From the NCBI RefSeq assembly GCF_963921235.1, contig NC_086121.1, positions 14,942,001 to 15,006,000 on the forward strand: DNA of 64,000 nucleotides. Direction: 5' to 3'. Below the pieces are notes generated by a model, which saw nothing but the letters and a program-made list of their open reading frames with translations, was not told where the DNA came from and did not search any database. Source of the DNA: Mobula hypostoma (lineage: Eukaryota). Made by a program: the position numbers and the translations under genes. Within the stretch, counting starts at the first letter, position 1. Each line of letters starts with the position of its first letter. This document shows positions 12,896 through 25,046 of the stretch, in pieces.

Positions 12896-13119
12896 ACACA
12901 CACCAAAGTTGCTGGTGAACACAGCAGGCTAGGCAGCATCTGTAGGAAGAGGTGCAGTCGACGTTTCAGGCCGAGACCCTTCGTCAGGACTAACACGCAG
13001 GGTCTCGGCCTGAAACGTCGACTGTACCTCTTCCTACAGTTGCTGCCTGGCCTGCTGCGTTCACCAGCAACTTTGGTGTGTGTTGCTTGAATTTCCAGCA
13101 TCTGCAGAATTCCTGTTGT
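12896..13119 (+). mobile_element. Penelope-like fold-back insertion
   Basis: Inverted arms. TSD atactcttgagtt at 12883-12895 and 13120-13132. Confidence 0.92.
12955..12992 (-). ncRNA. Minimal type-I hammerhead ribozyme motif (PLE type)
   Basis: Minus strand reads TAGTC-CTGACGA-AGG-gtctcgg-CCT-GAAA-CG-TC-GACTG: stem I, core, stem II and palindromic ACGT stem III. Confidence 0.75.
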
Positions 13120-14609
13120 ATACTCTTGAGTTGTTTGGTCCAGATGCACCCAGACCAGGTTATCCTAGGTTTGATTGCTGTTGTTTGCTGAGTTACCCCA
13201 TTATGGAATCATTTATGGCACAGAAGCTCTTGTGGAGGTATTTGTGACGTTTGATGGCTTCCGCCCCTACCATTCCTTGCGTGGAAAAAAACTACTCAAC
13301 ACCCCTCTAGTCTTTTTATGAGTAACTGATCTCAGCTGGTGTCGTGAAGAGGGACTGCTGCTGCCTTCTGCAATAATTTTGGGAATATTGGGCTCCTTCC
13401 CACCTCTTACGAATGTAACCCCCAGTTTCAAGTTGAAAAGTTAAAGGCAGAGAGGTGTTTCTTTGACAATCCCTTTATCTCCACTGACCACTGAGTTCCT
13501 CCAGCAGCCTTCTGCACCAGATTACAGAAACTGCAGTCTCTTACCTACTCTTAGATCACTTAAAATGGCCCCACCCTTTACACAGCTCGCTGTGGGACAC
13601 TTTTGGAATCTTACTAGAAAGTTGGGCAAGGTGCAAAAGAGGTATTACAGATCTTATCTTCAGTCCAGCGGCTTTTGAACGTAAAGGGGAAAACTCACAG
13701 AATAGTGTATACAGAAATAAAATTCTGGCCAGTTGTTTGCATGTTAGATATTTCGGTAAAATATTTATTGAACGAGTAATTTTTAAAGTATTGCCTTTAT
13801 GCATCCTATTTTTTTAAAAAGTAGGATGTTGATTGTGCTGGGAGATAAACAAGAGGATGTAGAAACTCTGCTGTTTGCCAGATGTGGAGTGTAAAATGGC
13901 AGAAAAGCATTTGAGTGAAGAATTTACTGCCGGGCTTAAGGTGGATTTATAGTGACCCTGATGGAAGCCTTTGTAGAACTGATGGAGCGAAGTGGGGGAG
14001 GGAACCGGTGAAGAATGAAAGATAACACATTCAGATTTTGTGGCAGTTTTATGAAAAACCCAGGGAACTTAGCTGTTGGGTCCCTTTGATTTACTGGCCG
14101 TCCTGCAAAGGCTGTTAGCCAGATCTCCCTCCACTTAACCCAATTCTGCTTGCATTCATGATAAAGTAAAAGGAAAGAAAATAGTCAGCAGATTTGATGT
14201 CTGTCCCTTGCTAGTCCTGACAGTGTCATGTGTGTTAATTTTATCACATTCAAATTGTGATTTAATGATCAGAAATATCAGGGAAAGTGAAGGGAAGCGG
14301 ATGAGAGGTCCAATGATGAATGTCACAAAAATGTTTTGACAACTTGCATTTACAAGTTCAAGTTTAACACTGACCTCTGTTAAAAAGACTTTTTTTTGAA
14401 GGGTGTCATTTCAAACACCTACCTTATAGGCATAGCTAGAGTGTTTTTGAATAAAACATACCTTTAAAAGAAACTACTGCACAGGCTATGTGAGATTAAC
14501 AGAGAATGCTAAATGTAAGGCATGTTAGTACAAGAAAGATTCCTAACAAATGGCTGTGGATTTAAAAAACAGTTTTGTCCCTTTGATGACCCTACTTTTA
14601 GTACAGTTT

Positions 14610-15000
14610 AAGAGTTTTGAAGCAAGTCATCTGCCAAATGACTCCCAGCCCCCCCCCCTCCTGCACCTCCCCTCCCCTCCTTAGGGTCACCTTAAATTCT
14701 CTGCTTTCTGGTCATCACAAAAAGACTGTGACTGTAATCATTAAGGGGCAGTTAAAGCTAACCATTCCTGATAATCACTTTTCAAGATGGCAATTAAAGC
14801 TTGAAGGAATGATTAAAAAAAAGGGGCCAGACAGGATTTTTACAGCTGCACAGTGACTTTCTTTAATTTCTTCTCCCTTCACAGCTGGGGGGCAGATATT
14901 TGGTTTTTCTTCCCCCTTTTGTGCTTCCTTGGGGTTAGCTGCGAAGTCGCCAGTAAAAGTTAATGGGCAGCTTTAGAATTATTTTCTGCTTTGACTCAGA
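14610..15000. promoter_or_regulatory. Candidate conserved non-coding element / enhancer
   Basis: Repeat-free, rich in homeodomain (TAAT/ATTA), GATA and CAGCTG motifs. Conservation not testable here. Confidence 0.3.
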
Positions 15001-15397
15001 CGTTGGATTCTGGGTGTGCGGGGATTTAGAGTGGATTGTTTTAAGAAGGTTCAACCTTGTCTCTCCTTCCTTTACTCATAAGGGCTAAGTGTTGTAGGGT
15101 TACTAGCTACTTCTAATAGATTCTTTTAAACTCTCAGGATTTAGTGGAGGCTATGTAGGGTTGGTAGGTTTTTATTTTAGTGAAGAAAAATTGTGAAAAC
15201 TGCGAAATGCAGAAATGAAAATATAAAGTAGCACTAATTAAAAATCAATCCATTATTCTGATAATTGAGCATGTGAAATATTGTGTTTTTATTTTTTAAA
15301 CCGGGTTTTTAAAAAAAATCTTCTTAGTGTTTGTGGTTATGTGCTGGGTTTGTTTTTCCCATCGGAGTACTGATAATGTACTGCTAGTTACTCGATG

Positions 15398-15411
15398 GGG
15401 TCATGAGGTCA
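15398..15411 (+). promoter_or_regulatory. DR2 nuclear-receptor element (RARE-like)
   Basis: GGGTCA-tg-AGGTCA, a perfect RGKTCA-n2-RGKTCA. Confidence 0.5.
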
Positions 15412-15611
15412 GATTCAGAAGTTAGAAAGTCCACAGTCACTAGGGACTTTACCATCTGGTGGTCATAAAACAGGTAATGGTCAAAGTTTCTTTTTTTTTG
15501 AGGGGGGAGGAGGCGGGGAAGGAAGACATGGTCCAGACTGTTGAAATGAGGCTGTGCCTTGAAGCAGACAGCGTTATGGCCATACCTTTTTCTGCTTGTG
15601 TGTCTGTTGAA

Positions 15612-15625
15612 GGGTCAAAAGTTCA
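15612..15625 (+). promoter_or_regulatory. DR2 nuclear-receptor element (RARE-like)
   Basis: GGGTCA-aa-AGTTCA, perfect consensus, inside the unique block ~15390-16120. Confidence 0.5.
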
Positions 15626-16504
15626 GCCCGTCCAATTTGGAGATAGGACCAGGCAGGAGGGCTGGAATGCCATGCTGTAAAACTGCTTCTCCTCCTTTCC
15701 CTTACGACCCGCCTCTCTGCCTCCACATGCTGTGAGAAGGATCAACTCCACGCCTGGCCCTGTGCACCGAGGACTGCCATTGTCTCTCCCTCTGCCTGCC
15801 CTGATTATCCCTTCCATTGAGAGGTTAAAACCCCTAGTGGGGGGGCTTTTATATCTGCCGCTGATAGTAAAAAAAACCTTTCCCTGGTTCTTAAGTATTC
15901 TGTTTTTAAGTAACAATCAGTCATCTATGTACAATAAAATCCACTACACAGTAAACATTATTGGAGTCTCAATTCAATCCAATTAACTACATTATATTTC
16001 AACTGCAAAATGGAGTTGGTCTGCTGTGTGAAGAGCAACAGAGTGATTTATAATGATACAGCAATGTGTGTTATACTGCTTTTAATTTTGATCAGTAAAG
16101 CCTTTTATTATAATACATTTCTATTTAGAGTTATTGTTGTATTCATGGGTAAGCTTGCACAGGATAAAACAGTGGCTGGATTTTAATGCCGAAGATTCCT
16201 CAGAGAGCAAGTTTAGGTTTTGATGTGCTGGTACTTCGACATGAATGCAGGGCGAAAGGGAATTTTGGGGGGAAATGCTTTGTATAGAATACTTAGTTTT
16301 CTGGGCTGTCTTGACTTGTGAGCAGTGTGATTTGGGGAAGTCGGACTCCACAGTTCAATGCTCTCGACAGTAAAAGAAAAAGTCTTGGAACAGATATTTT
16401 GTGCAATAATTCTCCCTTGCAAACCTCTGAAAGTCTCCTTTTGATGAGATTGTTATTGGGATCTATGGATTGTGAATTGCATTCTCTGCTTGTTGTCTTG
16501 GTTT

Positions 16505-17417
16505 GATGGTGGGTAGAATCTCAGGTGGTGACGAGAGGGCATACAAGAGTGAGATATGTCAACTAGTGGAGTGGTGCTGCAGCAACAACCTGGCACTCAA
16601 CGCCAGTAAGACAAAAGAGCTGATTGTGGACTTCAGGAAGGGTAAGATGAAGGAACACATACCAATCCTCATAGAGGGATCAGAAGTGGAGTGAGTGAGC
16701 AGCTTCAAGTTCGTGGGGGTCAGGATCTCTGAGGATCTAATCTGGTCCCAATATATCGATGTAGTTATAAAAAAGGCAAGTCAGCGGCTATACTTTATTA
16801 GGAGTTTGAAGAGATATGGTATGTCAACAAATACACTCAAAAACTTCTACAGTTGTACCGTAGAGAGCATTCTGACAGGCTGCATCACTGTCTGGTATGG
16901 AGGGGCTACTGCACAGGACCGAAAGAAGCTGTAAAAGGTTGTAAATCTAGTCAGCTCCATCATAGGTACTAGCCTACAAAGTACCCAGGACATCTTCAGG
17001 GCGTGGTGTCTCAGAAAGACAGCATCCATTATTAAGGACCTCCAGCACCCAGGGCATGCCCTTTTCTCACTGTTACCATCAGGTAGGAGGTACAGAAGCC
17101 TGAAGGCACACACTCAGCGATTCAGGAACAGCTTCTTTCCCTCTGCTATCGGATTCCTAAATGGACATTGAAACTTTGAACACTACCTCACTACCTATAT
17201 TTTTTTAATATACAGTATTTCTGTTTTAACGCATTTTAAAAAATCTATTCAATATACATAATTGATTTACTTGTTTATTTATTTTGTTTTAAAGTTTGAT
17301 TTATTATTATTTTTTTCTCTGCAGGTTATGTATTGCATTGAACTGCTGCTGCTAAGTTAACAAATTTCAAGTCACATGCCAGTGATAATAAACCTGATTC
17401 TGATTCTGATTCTGATT
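16505..17417 (+). mobile_element. Rex1/Babar LINE, 5'-truncated (RT C-terminus + 3' UTR)
   Basis: ORFs 16503-16934: VGRISGGDERAYKSEICQLVEWCCSNNLALNASKTKELIVDFRK..KKASQRLYFIRSLK..ESILTGCITVWYG, with in-frame stops. Tail aataaacct(gattct)n. Confidence 0.95.
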
Positions 17418-17559
17418 GAAATAGTGACACCAAATGGGTGGTACCTTTGCTTTAGATGTCTCTTCCTGTCCTCCATGGAACTGTGGCGTGGAACTAAATG
17501 TCTGTGGAACATCAAGTGTGAAGGAAATTTAGTATAATGCGGACGACTCATACAGTGTA

Positions 17560-17786
17560 ACACACATCAAAGTTGCTGGTGAACGCAGCAGGCCAGGCAG
17601 CATCTATAGGAAGAGGTACAGTCGACGTTTCAGGCCGAGACCCTTCGTCAGGACTTCGTGAGTCGACTCACGGCCTGAAACGTCGACTGTACCTCTTCCT
17701 ATAGATGCTGCCTGGCCTGCTGCGTTCACCAGCAACTTTGATGTGTGTTGCTTGAATTTCCAGCATCTGCAGAATTCCTGTTGTTT
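17560..17786 (+). mobile_element. Penelope-like fold-back insertion (very young)
   Basis: Essentially perfect inverted arms. TSD gactcatacagtgta at 17545-17559 and 17787-17801. Minus-strand hammerhead at ~17619-17655. Confidence 0.95.
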
Positions 17787-18237
17787 GACTCATACAGTGT
17801 ATTTATTTTTACTTCAAGAAATCCAGTTATACTTTTACTTGATATTTTTCCTTGAAAAATCCTTTTTCCATTTCTTTCCTATTGTCCTGTAAGGATATTA
17901 CTCAGCTGCCATTGAAATGCTAGTCTCTAGTCAAGTATGCACTCTTCACCTGAGAGATCCAACCACTAAGATAGTGGGCTATTCAGTCATTTGGTTTGAA
18001 CACCCATATCATAATTTTCTTCAGAGAGCAGGGTGTGGAATTAAACTTCTCCTTCCTCAGAAATGAAGATATTTTTTCCTTCCTCATTCTTAGCCTAGCA
18101 ATCTAGTGTGAAATGTAGAGTTTCATTTTATCTGTGGTTTGTGCAATTGATTCACCGGGAGGGCGAAAGCTGTGGATGTAACTAAATTTTGAGGAGATTG
18201 GGCATTTGATGAAGTTATCAAAATAGTAAGGGAGAGA

Positions 18238-18497
18238 TCTGAAGCCTGAAGGCACACACTCAGCAACTCAGGAACAGCTTCTGCCCCTTTGCCATCAGGA
18301 ATCTAAATGCTCATTGAACCCATGAACACTACCTCATTACTTTTTTTTATTTCTATTTTGCACTGCTTATTTAATTTAACTGTTTTATATATATTTTGTT
18401 TTACTGCAATTCGAGTTTTTTCCTATTTTATATTGCACTGCTGCCACAAAGACAAATTTTCATGACATAAGCCAATGATATTATACCTGATTCTGAT
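18238..18497 (+). mobile_element. Rex1/Babar LINE 3' end
   Basis: gaagcctgaaggcacacactcagc..caggaacagcttct and tail cctgattctgat, as in 17095-17417. Confidence 0.85.
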
Positions 18498-19777
18498 ATT
18501 TTTTCATGCCTGCCCAGTGCATACCTGTCGAATAAAAATCACTGGGTTTTTTAATGGGCAGATGTTAGAGGCTCTCCACATTCACTTTTCTCTGCCGCCA
18601 AAACAATATCCTCTTGAAAATTAGACACTTGTCAAATCTGTGCCATCTCTGATCCGACATTACTGCAGCTTTCCAAACAGAATGGGGTAACCCCTAACCT
18701 TAACCCTTCATTTATCTTGATAGTTAATGCGGAAATAGTAGGTTAATTGGCCACTATAAATTGCATAGACCTTGTAAGTGAGTGGGACAAGATAATGGAA
18801 ACGGGAGGAGAACAGGTTACAGAGAGAATTGTCGGGGGGCAGGATTTGTCAACCAGGTGAACTCAAAGGGCTGAAATGGCTTCTTATATTGTAAGGAATG
18901 ACCAAAATACAGAAATAATAAAAAAGCTGTGACATTGAATTGCCATTTGTAAATGATTCCGGCATTCCCCCCTCCACCCCCACTTTAAAAGTTCTACTCC
19001 TCAAGGTCAGGGCATCAATCACATAGTAAAAATTGTTTAGGAGAGATGAGCGCTGTTGGTCCATGCTGTGGACTTGGTGAGTTAGACGCAAAGGCAGAAG
19101 TTTAGGGAATTTGAATCTTGTCCTTTTAACTTCGTCTCCTCCTGAAATTAAGAAGTGTCTTAGGGATGGAATTTCAGCTCGTCTTGGAATTCAGGAGAAA
19201 ATTGCCTCCTGCTGAGCCAAGCATCACTGCTTACAGGGCTTCATCCATCACCTTACTCCCTGCTCCATTGCACTCAGCCCCCCAAAAGAAAAGTTAGCTT
19301 TTGACTTAATTTCCTTTTCCGCTTTCCTTGTCACCTTCCTGTCCCTCCACAGACTTAATACTCAAAGTCCCTATTGTACCCGCTTTCTGTTGAAATATTC
19401 TATGAGGATATCACACTTCAGCCCCGAATCTCAAGCGGCCCTGTTGGAAGGAGGTGTTCAGGGACCCAGGGTAGGAATTGGTGTAAATCTCAGTTTCTCT
19501 TGAAAAAATCTGAATCAGCCATTGAGTTACAATACATGAAATGGGCTTAGGTGATTTTTTTTCTTTCTAGTTTCCTCTCACTTATGAATTTTCAAGTTCC
19601 CTTTGAACAATCTTTAATATAGAGTGCATACACTGTTTAACGGAACTTAGACATGAGGGCGGTTGATTAACATGAAGTCCAAATGATCAGGCAATCTAGT
19701 AAAATAGTTATGATTGGGGATAAGGACTCTTACTCAAATTGTTATCTGTTCTCATGTGAAATGAGGCAGAGTCCTCT

Positions 19778-19791
19778 GGTTCAAAAGGTCA
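19778..19791 (+). promoter_or_regulatory. DR2 nuclear-receptor element (RARE-like)
   Basis: GGTTCA-aa-AGGTCA, perfect consensus in unique sequence. Confidence 0.5.
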
Positions 19792-20554
19792 TAACCTTTC
19801 CTCTGCTGGTCACTACAGATCCTTAAAGATCAGATGTGGAGGTGGGAGCGGAGTGGTTTGAGCAACAATGGAGCTGTATATCACTTTCAAAGCAGCAATG
19901 GCCTTATAACCCTTTTACCTACTGTACCCACTCGTACCTATATCTGAGCGTCAGGCATAACAAAGCTTTTGGAGCTTAACTGTGCTAGAACTCCAGAGTG
20001 AGCGCACATTTAATGAGATTTCTCTTTCCTGGGAGCTGAATCCAGACTTCTCGATTTTACTGGCCCTGAGGTTTTAGCCAGTGCTGATCATCTTCCATGA
20101 TGTCTACATCTTGAAAGCGTTTGTGGGAAGCGTCAAAAAGTTATAAAGGCAGAAAAACAATATGGGATTCATTTCAAAACTTAATTAGACTGGGTGGGGG
20201 GGGGGGAATATTTTTCCTGGGCCAATTTTCAGAAAAATAATCTTACAAATTTATGTTCCATGACTATAGTGCCTCTCGACATAAACTTAATAATATGCCT
20301 TGCACACATCGCACTGTGAATCTGTAAGTTTTTAAACTGTCTGAGTTATGATTTCATCTATATCCTCACAAAACATAAAATGTTTATGCTGATTTTCTTA
20401 AAAAAATGACAGGAAATCTCTTTTTTATACTTTGGGTGAATTAGATAATATGCTTTGAAACCAGTTTAAATTAATTAATTTGAAGTCCACTGTGTTTGCC
20501 TGTAAGTACAAGGATTATGTGAAAATGGCAAAAATTGATTAGAGCGTCAGCAGG

Positions 20555-20757
20555 TTTGTTTATTTATTGAGATACAGCGCGGAATAGGCCTCTCGAGGCC
20601 CGCTGCCCAGCAATCCCTTGATCTAACCCTAGCTTAATCACGGGACAAGTTACACTGACCAACTAACCTACGTCTTTGGACTGTGGGAGGAAACTGGAGC
20701 ACCCGGAGGAAACCCATGTGGTCACGGGGAGATTGTGCAAACTCCTTACAGGCAACG
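20555..20757 (-). mobile_element. V-SINE (HE1-like), 5'-truncated
   Basis: (ttta)n tail plus tctttggactgtgggaggaaactggagcacccggaggaaacccatg, the reverse V-core. Confidence 0.9.
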
Positions 20758-20780
20758 AGTTTGTTTTTTTACATCCCATG

Positions 20781-21282
20781 CATTCAGTTGCCAATTTATT
20801 AGATACCATCTGTACACCTGCTCATTAATGCAAGTGTCTGATCAGTCAATCACGTGGCAGCAACTCAATACATAAAAGCATGCAGACATGGTCAAGAGGT
20901 TCATTTGTTCAGGCCAAACATCAGAATGCGATCCAAGTGACTTTGACTGTGGGATGATTGTTGATGCCAGATGGGATGGTTTGAATATCTTAGAAACAGC
21001 TGATCTCCCAGGAGTTTCACACACAACAGTCTCTAGAGTTTAAAACATCCAGTGAGTGCAGTTCTGTCGATGAAAACGCCTTGTTGATGAGAGAAGTCAA
21101 AGGAGAGTGGCCACATTGCTTCAAGCTGACGGGAAGGTGACAGTAACTCAGATAACCAGGTGTTACAACAGTGGTGTGCAGAAGAGCATCTCTGAACGCA
21201 TAACATGTCAAAAGTTGAAGTAGATGGATTACTTCAGCACAAGACCATGAACAGAGGTACCTAATAAAGTGTCTGCTGAGTG
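20781..21282 (+). mobile_element. Non-autonomous Tc1-like transposon (N-terminal HTH remnant)
   Basis: Degenerate TIRs of the cactcagtggccactttattaggtac type. Encodes SDFDCGMIVDARWDGLNILETADLPGVSHTTVSRV, the Tc1 paired-like DNA-binding domain. Confidence 0.9.
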
Positions 21283-23280
21283 CATATAGTATCTTCTGAA
21301 TCCTCCCTCCTGAAAAAAGTGCAGATTGCTACATCCAGTAAGGATACTCATCATACAATTATTTGAATTATGATGAAAAGAATCCAGAATATGTTGTGGA
21401 GAATATGCTGTCAGGAAGACAATTCCTTACATCGTTCTAACTTTTGGTGTCCGTGCAAGTCTTCAAACCACAGATAGCTTTCTGCCAAGCTGATTTATTT
21501 GTCTTCCTAAGCTTCTGAGTGGTATTCAGAATGGTGCAATGTAAGAAATCAAACATGCAATCCGAAACTGGTACAGCAGATCGGCAGAATTCACTCACGC
21601 AGGGGTTTGACAAATCTACTGCACTAAGGAAGGTTTGACCAATGTTCTCACAGTTTCTCTCATAATTCTTTTTAATATCTGGAAGACATCCACATATCAA
21701 TATGGTTGAGGGAACTGTTCAAGTACCTTTTAATGTTGTACTGCATACACTGCCTTTCTTTTTATTTTGCATGTTAAAATAAAGCAATATAAATTGTATG
21801 TTTTATAGTCCTGGGCCAGTGTTTTTTCTTCCCCACACACTATATTAAAAACTACGGTACTTTGCAAAGTACATTTAATGCTGGTTTATATTTTGTTGGC
21901 TGTTTCACTATATTGAGAAATCTATCCACTGCTCAATGAAGCCTTTGTTTAGCGGCGTCTCTTAAAGAACATTAGCATTTTCTTTCTTGGAGCGTTGGGT
22001 AGATGTTTTCCAGCGTCTGAATATTTGTGTTGAACGCCCAATTTAAGGGATGTTTCATCTCGCTAACCCGGTCTTAGTCAAATTATTGTAGGCTGTAATG
22101 AATTCCTTGTACTTTAGACATTTACTCTTGTGGAGTAGTTTTGAGCATCGTATCACTAAATTCCTTAAATGATGGAATGAATCCGACAAAGGTATATGAA
22201 CAAACAAATGTGACTGTGCAGACCATCTTTATTTTTGTAATGATACTCATCCAGAAACGTTCTGGACAGCTGCAATCTGAGTTAAAACTGGGTATGAAGT
22301 TAGCATTGGTGCTCTGATTTGATCTGTCAATATTAAGGCCTTTTCTAATGTTCTAAAACGAATGCTCTCTTATCTAGTAGAACTATGATAAACCTTTATA
22401 ACATAGTTTCAGAAAAGAAACCTAATGATGTTCTTTTCTTTCTCTTCCATGTGCTGTCCATCATTCCCTTTGGCGGACATTCTCAGGTAAGAATTTCAGT
22501 TTACTATCCTAGACCTAATGCCACAGTGGGATACACAGAATTTTTCTATGTAGCAAAAGTTTTGTAAATTCAGTAGTTAAGATCTTTTGAGATATGAAGT
22601 TCAGTCGTTTCCATTTAAGAAAATCTTAGTTCTAATCAGCAGCAAAGCAATTTCTATCAAAACAGACAGATTTTATCTAATTATCCTGGCAGAATGTTCA
22701 TTGTTAGGGCTTTTGTAATGTTAGTTATATTCTATGTTGTTATGTATTTGCTTCAAGGAACAACTCAAACCTGTTAATCAACCATGGGAATAGGTTCACA
22801 GCTGCAGTGGGATCTTTATATCGTATTGATATGTTGCATCTTTCAGTTTCATGTGTACAAACAGTTTTAGCTCTTTGTGATTTATTGTTTATGATACTGT
22901 CAGTTGAGCATCACCTCTCTCTGTGGAAGGAGTGGAAGGTGGGTTGTGATCTTTTGAACACAGTGGTGGGGGGGGGGGTGGGAGGAGTCCCAGGAGGAGT
23001 CCCTACTCCCTAAATCATTGACATCCAGAGATTCCATTTGCGGTCCTGACTTGTCCACTGCAGTTCTGACTACCAGATGGCATCTTTATTGCAGCTGTGC
23101 ATGGTGGTGTGTGTTGTGAGTGAGCCAAAGGGTGAAGACGGTAAAGGTGCAGCTGAAAACCTAGTGTGATGTGGTGAGAGACAGGACTCTGGTCTCTGAA
23201 TTATTGTGTTGGTTGTCCGTACTAAAGTGGTAACAGTTAAGAAGTTAACTATAAAGTTTTAGAAGTACCTTACACTTGAT

Positions 23281-24866
23281 TGGTCTGTATTGAATATTTC
23301 AGTTATATTTGAGTATTATTGTAAGTACATTGTTTGAGTTCAAGCCCCAAGGCCAAACGACGTGTCACAGTTGCAGTCCCTTTTAGGATTTGTCAATTAC
23401 TATAGCAGGTTCCTGCCAAACTTGGCTACTGTGCACTGCCCCTTGAACTCTGGAAGAAATGGAAAAGAACAAAGCGGTTTGAAGTGGCTTTCGAGAAGAT
23501 AAAGGAGAAGGTGATTATGATCTACGTTGTCCAGTCTAGTTTGCCTGTGACACCTTGCCTATGGTATAGGTGCAGTCACGTCACATGTTATGTGTAATGG
23601 AAGTGAACGTAATGGAATGGAAGTGTAATGGAACAAGAGCTTTTGCATCGTGCTCCCTTACTGCTGCAGAGAAAAATTACACACAGATTGACAGAGAGGT
23701 CTTGAGTCTGGTTTGACGTGTAAAACATTTCAGCCGGTACTTGTATGGAATAGTTTACCCTTATTACTGATCGTCAACCACTAGTGTCCATTTTCAATCC
23801 ACAGAAGGGTGTTCCACAAACAGCAGCAGCTTGTATGCAGAGATGGGCTCTGTTTCTTGGAAGGTTGAATTCAGGAGGATGACTAATCATGGACATTCTG
23901 ATGGATTGTCCCATTGACCCTTGGAAAAGGAAATACCTGAAAAATTTATAAAAGAAGACACTCCTTGATGTATTCTCCCTAATGCAAATCGAAAGTCTTC
24001 CTATTACGGCAGATTTGATTCAAAGGGAAACTGCAAAAGACCCCGCCCTATCTCAGGTCTACTTAGTGACTCAAAATGGCTAGCGCGTGCAGCAGGAATC
24101 CCAGTTCCCCAATTTTTACCAGCACCGGGATGACCTTGCCCTTGGCAGAGGTTGCCTTATGTGGGGATTGAGAGTTGATATACCATCCAGCCTGAGAGCT
24201 GAAGAGTTGGAGGAGCTACATGCCGGTCAGCTGGTCATCCCAGCATGGTCAAAATGGAAGTGTTGGCTTGAAGATTTATCTGGTGGCCTGGAACAGATTA
24301 AGCAGCTCACCATGCACTGATCGGGATGCCAACACGTCAAGAAGATGCCAAGAGCAGCACTTCATCCCTGGGAATGGCCTGCATTGCCCTGGCAGAGGCT
24401 TTATGTGGATTTTGCCAGACCATTCTTCGGCACAAGTTTCTTAATAGTAGTGGATGCAGCTACAGAGTGGTCAGAAGTGTTCCCAGTAGCCTCCACTACA
24501 GACTACAGCCTTGCACACTGATGTGTTGAGAAGCCTCTTTGCAAGGACTGGTGTTCCAGAACACATAGTCAGTGACAATGGACCACCGTTTGTTGGGGAA
24601 CATTTTCAGTCATTCCTGAAAATGAATGGGATAAGACCCATTACATCTGCACCGTACTACCCAGCTACAAATGGTTTGATCAGAAGGTTTGCTACTGACT
24701 GACACTGAATCAGAAGCTTGCCAATTTCCTCTTTGCACATCGTAAAGCATCACAGCCCACAACCACCACGTCGTACGTGCACGTCTTGCTGAAATTAAAA
24801 TCAAAGCTAAGACCAGTTCTCTGGCCCTTAATTAGATTTATGTTTTGGAGTTATAAAACATTAACA
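23281..24866 (+). mobile_element. Gypsy LTR retrotransposon relic (RNase H-integrase pseudogene with probable partial LTR ends)
   Basis: From ~23346: PRPNDVSQLQSLLGFVNYYSRFLPNLATV, YTQIDRE, LHPWEWPALPWQRLYVDFA, LRSLFARTGVPEHIVSDNGPPF..SAPYYPATNGL (rve core); frameshifted. The AT-rich flanks 23281-23345 and ~24760-24866 start TG and end CA; LTR assignment is less certain. Confidence 0.9.
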
Positions 24867-25046
24867 TTAACCTTCCATAAGATTAAAGAAATTAGTGTGT
24901 CAGGTATGAAAACATTTTGATAATGGTTAAATTTAAATAATGAAACATAGATTAGTGAAGAACCATGCGAACTGGGAACGATAAGTTAGTTTACTGTTTT
25001 TTTGGAAAACATACCACTTTCTACAAGTTAGCTATGCAATAAAAAG

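Noticed and set aside
17560-17750. microRNA precursor or CRISPR-like repeat
   Set aside because: The hairpin is a multicopy, TSD-flanked transposon fold-back. I recognised no known miRNA and found no repeat-spacer array in this eukaryotic DNA.
23067-23085. CTCF site (TGACTACCAGATGGCATCT)
   Set aside because: Partial match only, and the upstream TGCAG motif is at the wrong spacing; unsupported without ChIP data.
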